From the NCBI GenBank assembly GCA_036785375.1, contig JAWMAR010000011.1, positions 9,052,001 to 9,116,000 of the forward strand: 64,000 bases of DNA. The letters are read 5' to 3'. Source of the DNA: Leucoraja ocellata (Eukaryota). The notes beneath the pieces were generated by a model. It was not told where the DNA came from, ran no database searches, and saw nothing but the letters and a program-made list of their open reading frames with translations. Each line of letters begins with the position of its first letter. Position 1 is the stretch's first letter. Position numbers and translations under genes: made by a program. Shown piece after piece: positions 53,495 through 64,000 of this stretch.

Positions 53495-56302
53495 AAATCA
53501 TGCAGAATTAACTTTTAAGATCGAAAGAGTGATTTACGATAGGTAGTGCCTGGTTAAATTTTCAAAGTGACACAAAATAATCCAGAACATCTTGTTATTC
53601 TATTGCACCCAAGGGTAGACCATTTCCAATTGCATAAAACTAAAAAATAATGTTATGCAATTTAATTTAATTGATGGAGTATCGCATACTAAACTATTTA
53701 GAACTACAGTAAACAAAAATGGATCCTTCAATCCAGTTAGTAATTGTCAGCATTTAGGTCAGTCATTCTGTCAGCATATCCACTATTCCCTTTTCCTTCT
53801 TACGTTTATTTATCCTTTCATTAAAAACATCATGTTCTGCATTCTTTCCATAAATGCATCCAAACACTCATAACTCTCAAGATAAAGAAATTGCCTCTGA
53901 ATTCTCCATTTAATTTCTTGCCCTATAAGGACGGCAGTCAGTATAGTTGTACTTTATAAATAGACTGTTTCCCTTTGTGTCTCTTTTATAAAGGTCTTTC
54001 ATAATTTTAAACTTCTCTATTAGGTAATCCTTCAAACAATCCTTTCAAGCAAGAAAATCAATGTAAAATATTTGAGTTGGTCTTGTATCAATAAAACAGG
54101 ATAAAATTGTTATGAAAAATTAAATTTGCAGAGATAAAGTTCTTGAAGTAGGATCTCCTCACAAGTAAGACATTATACAAAACAGATTACACACGTTTCA
54201 CTGTTAAAAAATTAACTATGTATATTTAAAGAGAAAACCCTAATTGTCTGAAGATAACATAAATGTACTTCTTAATAGCACACACAAGGTTTGAGCTTCA
54301 AAATTAAACCACCTTCTTTGCTCTCTTGGTTGGTGATTCATAAACACAGAATGGAATAGTAATAGATTTTACTCAGTTTAAAAAAACAAGGTATTTTAAA
54401 ATTGGGTTTCACAAGTAGTTGGACATATCTATAAAATAAAGTATATTGCTAATGTCTAAGATTACTGGACAGCATGGTAAAATTTCACCTTCTGCAGATT
54501 AAACAAGGGCGATGCGTCATCACCCCGAGTAAATAGTCTGGTGACCCAAACTATTCACGAAATGTAACAGCTCCATCTGCTGACAAGAAACACCTTACAC
54601 CTTAGAACTGCATGCCACAGTTCTAAAAATGTTTATTTTGGTAATTTTTTATAAACAAATCATCCAGTAATAAACAAAATTTAACATACAATTTAATGAT
54701 TTCAATCTAAAAAGAGGTGATTTGCTGTCAAATTATGATATTAAAAACTAAACTGAAAATGAAACTCTTTTCTTAGAAAACAGAACACAAGTAACAGAGA
54801 TATAACATACTAGAGTTAGATAATTTGGAAGTGACTGTCACATAATCCAAGGTCATCAGATCAGATAGAATCTATTCTTCTGAATCATCACACAATATGT
54901 TGTAACGTTGATGTTTTATGCACAAGGGTCTTGACCCAAAATTTCTATTCCTTTTCTCCAGAGATGCTGCCTGACCCGCTCAGTTATTCCAGCATTTTGT
55001 GTATATCTTAGGTTTTCTTATTGTCACCTTCACCACATTTATAATTAATAATAATAAATTTATAAATAATAAAAAATTCAATTCTTGAACTGAATAATTT
55101 GATTAATTATTTGATTTCAAATGCTTTCATAATCAAGCGCCTTATTGATTATAAACCAATTTCAATAAAGAACTACTGTAAATAAACCTAAAAGAGACAT
55201 CATTCATAGTTGGCTGAGTTTAGCTATTGGTCTTCACACATCAAATAAAAGTAACACCCTATTAACTTAAACAAAGGAGAATCAAACAAAACTTAATTTA
55301 CAGCAGTGCGCATTATAAAGGAAAACAACTGAGGATTTTGAAATCTGCTAAATGAATATTGTAAATTGTAAACAGTTTGTAGCGTTTTAGGACTGACCAT
55401 CCAATGGTATATTTCTTCCAAAAACATTCAATCCCACTTCTCCCATTTGCAATCACTGCTTTGTGAGGATTTTGTTGCCATTCCTCTTCCCTCCCAGCTT
55501 TTGAACTCACATTAACTGTGAAAGGGCCATTTGCTTTCCCCCCCCCTCAATTACTCCCTCTAACGACCAAAACTGATAAAACAAAGATATATCCTTTAAA
55601 AACCGTCCAAGTAATGTTGCTCCAAAGTCTAGTCGCAGGAAAGATGCGGATATTGAAGAACTGGCACAAATCCTTAGCTTCCACAAAATTATTGAATTTA
55701 GAATAGTAGAGTACAGTGAATACAACTGTAACGAATATATACACATGACAAAGTAATGTGATATTTGCAGAATTATTTAATTTCCATTGAGTACCATAAC
55801 TACATATGCAGTGGTATTAATAAAGCATTTGCTCTGAATAAAGAAGAATGATACACATGTTAGAATGATACATGTTTGTAGAATGTCAGCAGCCATTCTC
55901 AAACCTAAAATTTAATCTTTATCTTTAAGATTATCTGTGAAGGAAGCAGTGATTTGAAATACAGCCTATGCAGGCCAACAAACAGGATACTGTCTCTTTC
56001 TAATTTAGATTAGAATTACCCAATGCCCACTTTTTCTTTGTCATTCCAACTCTTCTAAATGGGTCACCTCCCCCTTTACAAGAGTCATAGATATGCAACA
56101 CCAATGTTATTCCGTGGATCAATCAGCAAGCCAGCATTGACCACTATAAGCAACAGCATAATTTTATTTTATAACTTCACATATAATATGGAAACCATAA
56201 CTAATAGGTTGGTTAAACTGCCAGCCACAGCTTAAAAAACGATCAATAAAAAGCAAAAAATAAATATTAATTTTCTAGGGCACATCATATGTGTAGACTT
56301 AC

Positions 56303-57112
56303 CTGGCAAGTTAGACTTCAGTCGATCTAGTTCCTCTTGAAGCTGTCGAATTTTCTCTTGTAGTATTACACAATTTGGACAGTACGATGTGGGCTGGCTT
56401 TTTGGAAGATCTTCCTCAGCCACAGCCCTGTGCTGTCCACCTGAATTCTCTGGTGGCAAAGCACTGCTGTTTTCTTCAGTATTTTGAAGGAACCCAGAGT
56501 CCATTGTTTGGAGAAAACCAGTATTTAAATGCTTTTCATTTACTTTTTGTTGGGATCTGAAGTCCCCTTCACCTCTGGTGCCTGATTGAGATAGAATACT
56601 TTGCTGTGAAGAAGTTCCTGGCCTGTTGAATGTGTCTCCTTCGTGATGCCTGAGCCTTTGCCGAACAGGAAATTGATTGTCCATTGATGATGGATATTTT
56701 GTTTGTGCTGTACTCAATTTATTGATTTCATGTTCCTGCCCACTGCGGGCTACAAACTGAGACCTTTGAGGTACAGGAGATGAGGTAGTTAGAAGATTGC
56801 TAGTTTGCTTCATAGAACATACATGTTCAAATGGACCCCGACCAGAAATTGGACAACCGAGCTTTTCTCTTGGACTATCAACTGGCAAATCATGGATGCT
56901 TTTAAACAATTGTTCCAGCTTCTTCTTTTTAGGGCTTGGGCTGCAGTCGCCATCTTTGTTGTCACGTTTTCCACCCTTGTTGGGATTGGTATTTTCCAGT
57001 CTTTCAAAATCATCCTTATTTAGAATCCCTGGTATTCTGGAGGTCCCTGGATCTCCAGTGGGTTTTTCAGTGGAATGTCTTCCTAGGCTAGCCTTCTTGT
57101 ACTTTGCTGCCG
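56303..57112 (-). CDS. PRDM11: PRDM11 penultimate coding exon (810 nt): NLS-like PKKKK, CxxC plus coiled coil
   Basis: Acceptor CATTTCAG|CG, donor CCAG|GTAAGT, phase 1/1, open frame; PKKKKLEQLFK and TSYCPNCVILQEKIRQLQEELDRLKS match recalled human PRDM11 AKKKKIDLIFK and [26 protein letters not shown]. Confidence 0.85.
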
Positions 57113-57544
57113 CTGAAATGGTACATTATGTAAATTACTGCCAAAATACAGGGTTTGAATGTCATTTTTTGAGCTCACAGAAATGACTTATCTGAAGAAA
57201 TGATCATGTGCACAGTATTGCTTATATAAAGTCACTGAGAAAAAGGAGCATTGGCATAATGAGCTTGACCATATCATTTACCATGAACTAAAATAATTTG
57301 GTATGGAATTACTTTGTTCTTTTCACATATCACATTTCTCAATGTGAGTATTGTTCTGTGAGAACTGGTATACCAATAAACAGGTAGATAGAAGTACTTG
57401 GAATTAACATACGTCATAAACATTTGTCAATCATACAAAATATAAATGTATTTAAGTCCAGTTTAAATTCTGCATTAAAGAATTTATCATGGAGTTTTAG
57501 GCAAAAGTATTTTAATTTAAAGAAAAGAGAATATTTATTTCTGT

Positions 57545-57985
57545 TTATATTCAGTTTTGGTCACCCTCCTATAGGAAAGATGCCATTATGATGGAGAGTA
57601 CAGAAAATATAAATATTCTTATGCTACCTGGACTTGAGGGACTGATTTATAGGGAAGAGTAGGAGACTGAGCGATGATCTTACACAGGTGCATAAAATCA
57701 TAAGGGGCTATACATAGGGTGAATGCACCCAATATTTTCCCAAGGGTTGGGGAATCAAGAACTTGAGGGCACGGGTTCAAGGTGAGAAGGGAAACTTTTT
57801 CAAATAGGGCGGTATGTATATGGATCACGCGATTGGAGGACGTAGTTGCGGCAAGTACAATAACAAGGTTTAAACAACATTTGTTCAGGTATATGGATTG
57901 GAATGGTTTAGGAGGATATGGGTCAAATTAAGACAAATAGACGAGTTGGGCCAAAGGGTTTGTTTCCGTGCTGTATAACTCTAAA
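57545..57985 (+). mobile_element. Degraded CR1 3' fragment
   Basis: cagttttggtcaccctcctataggaaagatg...gggccaaagggtttgtttccgtgctgtataactcta. Confidence 0.65.
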
Positions 57986-58517
57986 TGGTGCACTTATAAG
58001 GAGACAAGAGAAACTGCAGATGTTGGAATCTTGAGCAAAACACAAAGTACTGGAGGAACTCAGCAGATCAGGCAACATCTGTGGAGGGTGGTCCTGAAGA
58101 TCATTATATTCATGACATTCCCTATTATTGCCCTAATGATAAACCAGAAAAGGTATTCACTTCATTCTAGGTTAATATTTATATGAGGATGAATAATTCT
58201 GCCAATTACATGAGAAATTAATAATTCCATATTTATTTTCGAGCGACAGAAAACCAAAAAAATCACTATTTTGTTGTGTTCCATTCCAGACAAAGTATTT
58301 TAAATAGATTAATGTTAAATAATGAAGTTACTTCACAAAGAGTCACAAGCGCACGAGCTGGTTCTCAAGGTTTTTCTTCACATCAGATCAAACTTAATAC
58401 TCCTCAGATCTCCCAATGGGTGTTTAATTTATACAGCTATTTAAGATCAAAAGATATCAATCAATTACTTACGTTAATAATGTGAAGTTTGTAAAGTAGA
58501 ATACACAATGACTGATA

Positions 58518-60040
58518 CAGTGCCCTCCATAATGTTTGGGACAAAGACCCATCATTAATTTATTTGCCTCTGTACTCCACAATTTGAGATTTGTAATAGA
58601 AAGAAAATCACATGTGGTTAAAGTGCACATTGTCAGATTTTAATAAAGGCATTTTTATACATTTTGGTTTCACCATGTAGAAATGACAACTGTGTTTATA
58701 CATAGTCCCCCCATTTCAGGGCACCATAATGTTTGGGACACATGGCTTCACAGGCGTTTGTTATTGCTCAGGTGTGTTTAATTGCCTCCTTTATGCAGGT
58801 ATAAGAGAGCTCTCAGCACCTAGTCTTTCCTCCAGTCTTTCCATCACCTTTGGAAACTTTTATTGTTGTTTATCAACACGAGGACCAAAGTTGTGTCAAT
58901 GAAAGTCAAATAAACCATTATGAGACAGAGAAACAAAAATAAAACTGTGAGAGACATCAGCCAAACTTTAGAAATCCCCAAACACCTGTCTAACAGATCA
59001 GAAACACTCTTCAGGAGTCAGGTGTGGATTTGTCAATGACCACTGTCCGCAGACGACTTCATGAACAGAAATACAGAGGCTACACTGCAAGATGCAAACC
59101 ACTGGTTAGCCGCAAAAATAGGATAGTCAGGTTACAGTTTGCCAAGAAGTACTTAAGAGAGCAACCACAGTTCTGGAAAAAGGTCTTGTGTACAGATGAG
59201 ACGAAGATTAATTTGTATCAGAGTGATGGCAAGAGCAAAGTATGGAGGAGAGAAGGAACTGCCCAAGATCCAAAGCATACCACCTCATCTATGAAACACG
59301 CTGTTGGGGCTGTTATGGCCTGGGCATGTTTGGCTGCTGAAGGAACTGGCTCACTTATCTTCAATGATGATACAACTGCTGATGGTAGTAGCATAATGAA
59401 TTCTGAAGTGTATAGACAAATCCTATCTGCTCAAGGTTCAAACAAATGCCTCCAAATGCATTGGCCGGCGAGTTCATTCTACAGCAAGACAATGATCCCA
59501 AAGATACTGCTAAAGCAACAAAGGAGTTTTTCAAAGCTAAAAAATGCTCAATTCTTGAGTGGCCAAATCAATCATCCGATTTGAACCCAATTGAGCATGC
59601 CTTTTATGTTTATGCTGAAGAGAAAACTGAGGGGACTAGCTGCCTAAATAAGCATAAGCTAAAGATGGCTGCATACAGGCCTGTCAGAGCATCACCAGAG
59701 AAGACACCCAGCAACTGGTGATGTCCATGAAACACAAACTTCAAGCAGTTATTGCATGCAAAGGATATGCAACAATATACTAAACGTGACTACTTTCATT
59801 TACATGACACTGTTGTGTCCCAAACATTATGGTGCCCTGAAATGGGGGGGGAGACTATGTTTCAACACAGCTGTAATTTCTACATGGTGAAACCAAAATG
59901 CATAAAAATGCCTTTATTAAAATCTGACAATGTGCACTTTAACCACATGTGATTTTTTCTATTACAAATCTAAAATTGTGGAGTACAGAGGCAAATAAAT
60001 AAATGATGGGTCTTTGTCCCAAACATTATGGAGGGCACTG
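58518..60040 (+). mobile_element. Tc1/mariner (IR/DR type) transposon with inactivated transposase
   Basis: TA TSD; ~220-bp TIRs with inner direct repeat (ccataatgtttgggaca); transposase motifs [35 protein letters not shown]; start codon lost, internal deletion and frameshifts. Confidence 0.92.
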
Positions 60041-61926
60041 TATATGCAACAAATTAGGCAATAAATAGTAGAATGTAAGGATTGTAGGCTTAGGCTTCAG
60101 TACGTGGTCTAAACTGTAATATTTGCAATACTGCGGTGTCGCCTGCATGATAAAGAGTACACAGCTAGTTTTTGTTGATAAGTTTACAATGCCACCAAAT
60201 TCCAGTGCCTCATAATCCTGAATATATTACCAAACATTACAATTTTGCTAAAATATGTTTTTAATTTAAGTTTCTGGATCTTCCTTGTGGATGATTTAAT
60301 GTGGTGCATAAATGTTGTTATTGCTTTCCATGTGTTTTTTCCAAGCATTTAAATTTTGGCAATGGAATAGTTTAAAAGCACTTATTTTTTATGTACACAC
60401 AACTACATAATTTTGAAAAAAAAGTTGAGAATACATGCAAATAAACTACACACTTTTACATTTATAGCACAAAGCTGAAACCAGTAAAATATTTTGGTGA
60501 TATGCATAGGGCAAGCATGGGAAACTTCTGTGAAACATGGAAGCATGGATTACTAACTTGTGAGCATGAGAATATAAAGCCTTCAAGGAAAAGTGGACAT
60601 TTACTGCAACCATAGACATCTGTGAATAAATATCAAGACTGTAAAAATAAATAATTCACAAACACTTTATTACTGAATTTAGAGGATTCATAATTATTTA
60701 CATTAGTATAAAAACCTACCGCTCATTTTTGTAAACTAAAGGCACGATTACAATTTTTTTTTTCAATTCCACATTGAATTTTTTAAATTCGATCTATTAT
60801 TCAGTAGTCAGAAATACAAGAATGTTACAATATATCAAAAATATTTTGATGTTCTGCATCCTTTCGTTTATTTCATAATGTGTTACACATACAAGTGAAG
60901 TAACAGTGTGTTTCAAATGAATATGACTAAACATCTACATAAGATGTGATCAATACTTAATTATATTTGGTACATTTTTAAAAGTAAAAAATTTGAGATA
61001 AATATTCAAAGGCTAAATTCATCTTTATATTAAATTTCATTTCCAAGTTTCAAAATGCTAACCTTCTTACATACTTAATCATTTCCAGCATTTAAAATTA
61101 AAATATTATACATCATAATTGGAAACTGAAAATGAAAAGGGCATCTTGCTGTCTGCCTCACTGCTGATATGCACTGAATAACATTGAATTGCTGTATTTG
61201 CATTATGCATGAATTAAATTCACCACAGAAAATAAGCCTTGCCATTTTTTAATTTAAGTAACCTGTTAATCAGTTATTAACAATCAACCCCCGACACTGA
61301 AATTTGGCTTCTCATTCTTTCAGTGCCATTTTGAGGACAATAGCTTTGTGATAGTATGATGGATTTGTTTAAATAATTAAACCTAACACTACGCACAAAC
61401 TTACAGTGTTGCTGATTGCACAAGTCCATGTGTATTATTTCCTTCTTAATGCTTTTACCATGATCAGTTTCAACAGGATCAGCAATCGCATTGAAAATCA
61501 AGATATGTATAGATGATTTATGTTTTATAGCTTATTCTAACATTGTACCCTGCAGTTCTCCCACTGCATATAGTGTATGCAGTCTATCATTGTTCACAGA
61601 ACAAACAACATAATGTACTATATAATTAATGTCAGGTCACAAAGAGCTGGAGTAACTCAGCGGGTCACAAAGAGCTGGAGATGTTTCTGGTTGCGATTCT
61701 TCTTTGTACTGATATCTTTAGTTTTACCTGGCTCCCTGATACTGCACTTTGTCAAATGCTGTCTTGCAAATGCTGTCTTATTCCATCATGTTGCATCTAG
61801 ACAAGACTGCTTGGTTTTGGCAAAACTCAAATTAAGCATCAGTGAATAGATAAACAGGATGCAAGGACTGCTCATCAACATTGCTTTGTTAGCAATACAA
61901 GAAGAATGGGTTTGATCTTGGCCATT

Positions 61927-61957
<31 letters not shown>

Positions 61958-63574
61958 GGTTTGGCAGATCAGCAGAATTTTCATTCGGCCAATTTATTGT
62001 GGGATTCCTTAGCTCCATCTGTTGCATGTTGCGTTTGTTGCACAGTAAACACATTGTCTTTATTTGCTGCTTCCGAGGCACCTTATTCGTAGATGTGCTT
62101 CGTAGATGAGCATTGAGCCAGTCCTCTGGTTTGATAGGGGATCAAAGCCATTGCAGATTATGGGGTGGTACAACTTTGGCCCACATGAGTGAACAGCTTT
62201 AAGCTAACAGTCTGGTCCTCGTGTACCTCATTTATTCAATGGCTGTGCCAAATATAAAGAAATGTATCCTCAATGTGAAGATGGAACTTTGCTTCAATGA
62301 GTGTGCTGTGAAATGCTGTCATGGGCACAGAAATCAACAATCAGTTGAGGCCAAAATGCAGGAGGCCTATCTCTTACAAGTTCACTCACTATTTGCCACA
62401 GAACTCATTTAGAGATGACATTACTAAACAGCTTCCAACTAATATTCTAAATGAAGAAATGATGATTTCTCAGCTGACGGGGAACAGTAAGTGGTAAGTA
62501 ATCAGGAGGAGCTTACTTTGCCCTCCGGGTTTGATCCAATGCCATGAGACCGTATGGTATCTAGAATCAAAATTGAGGACTGCCACCATGACTTAGTTTG
62601 TCCTGTCACTTGGCTAGGACCTTTCCAGGGGTTGTGACAGAAGTCTCGATTAATTGGTGCACCGAATGATTTGGCAAGCAAAACTATGCTCCTTGACTTG
62701 TTTGCAAGGGATCTCTCTTAAATTAGGCACCAGTTCCAAGATGTTCATGCAAGTTCCTCTGGCTCGTAACAGCTTTGCGTGCTTGAACACAAGGCTGAAG
62801 TTAATGCCAGTTATGCAGCTGGCTTTGATATAATTTAATAGCTTCCAAGGCCATTTACGTTAAGAGTAAACTGATGTAGGTTTGCGGACATATTTAAGCT
62901 AGAACATCTCACAGCAGCTACATCGAACATCAGTGAACCATAATTTTTATTTTTAAAACACAACTCAATCTCTTTCCACTTCCAATTAACGAGGTTGTTT
63001 TGTTTTAAATTCCAGATTATTTAAATAACTGAATTTACATTCCCAGTTGCTGTACTGGGATTTGAATTATGTCTCTATTTTGTCAGTTCAGGCCACTAGA
63101 TTACTAAACCAGTAAATTTAACCAGTTGAACCATTCCCGCGTGTTTCAGAGAATTGCAAAATATTCCGATTTCAGCTAAATAAATTGACAGGGAAAGCAG
63201 AATTTGAGAGTCGTCTGTAACATAAAGAGACTAATGAGACAACATTTAGAACTGACTTAGGAAGCATTTTTTCACACACAAAGTAGTAAATATTTTAGAA
63301 TGTTCTTCTACCCAGAAGGGTTGTGATTGCTCAATCACTAATACATAAAAAGGCAGTTTGATAGATCTTTTGGTATTAAAAGATTTAAAGAAATGGTAAT
63401 GCAAAAAAAGTGTTTAGATAAAAGATGACATAACCTTACTGAATGGCAGAGCAGACTTTCAAATGCTTCTATTATAATGCTTCTAGGTGCTTATGCAGAG
63501 CAAGGTAGGCATGCTCTCTGTATTGAAATCAATGGGTGGAGTTAATTGCGCATCGATATTCTAGAACACCAAGG

Positions 63575-64000
63575 GCGCCGGGGGAGATGGCCGCCCTGCC
63601 GGCAGTCTGTTCGTTTTTTCATCTTTTTAATTTTTTTTTAGCGTTTGTTGAAAGTGTGTTTTAATGTTGCTCGGTTTGTTTTGTATGGGGGGAGGGGATT
63701 TGGGGAAACTTTTTTTCAGGTTCTTACCTTCCTGGAGATGTGATTAATTTTTGGATCACATTCTCCGGACTCTGCGGCCTTCCATACCTGGAGCTGGAAG
63801 CCTCCTCGGACTGCCGTGAGCCCCATCGCAGGGTGCGGACTTACCATCGGTGCTGATCCCTTGCCTGGGATCGCTCCCACCGCGAACTTTAACATCAAGG
63901 GTTCACAGTCTCGGGTGAGGTCGAGTCGGAAAGCTCCAATGCCGCAGAAGGTTCGTCCAGCCCCAACGGGAGGTTGGATCGCCCGGCGCGGGGGGGCTGA
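63575..64000 (+). mobile_element. Second copy of the CpG-rich element at 48925, cut by the window edge
   Basis: ggcgccg..gagatggc..cagtctgttcgtttttt..ggacttaccatc..gatcccttgcctggga shared with 48925-49700. Confidence 0.6.

Noticed and set aside
61926-61953. Long poly-C run (also ~44002-44021) as a functional G-quadruplex
   Set aside because: Simple homopolymer of uncertain assembled length with no other support.

Overview
AT-rich vertebrate genomic DNA, most likely from a cartilaginous fish (skate/ray-like; inferred from the repeat families and protein divergence). The window holds the 3' half of a minus-strand PRDM11 gene: the penultimate coding exon (57112-56303) and the large terminal exon encoding a TTF-type zinc finger plus a hAT-transposase-derived (ZNF862-like) region (12594-10412). 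Main discovery: the ~44-kb intron between them contains three more phase-compatible minus-strand exons (38263-37026, 31795-31573, 26254-26118). Spliced together, they encode a Q/P/H-rich region with 15 x 11-aa repeats followed by a complete BEN domain and a stop codon. This points to an alternative PRDM11 C-terminus (BEN versus zinc finger-hAT), or a same-strand nested BEN gene. The rest is mostly TE-derived: CR1, RTE, Rex1-like and Penelope retroelement fragments, tRNA-derived SINEs, a decayed Tc1 and its deletion derivative, Harbinger and hAT MITEs, and palindromic Penelope-type elements with hammerhead-ribozyme remnants. There is also a local ~0.8-kb duplication flanked by a long direct repeat and a nested palindrome. 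Exon boundaries were read by eye; TE boundaries are approximate unless TIR/TSD are stated.
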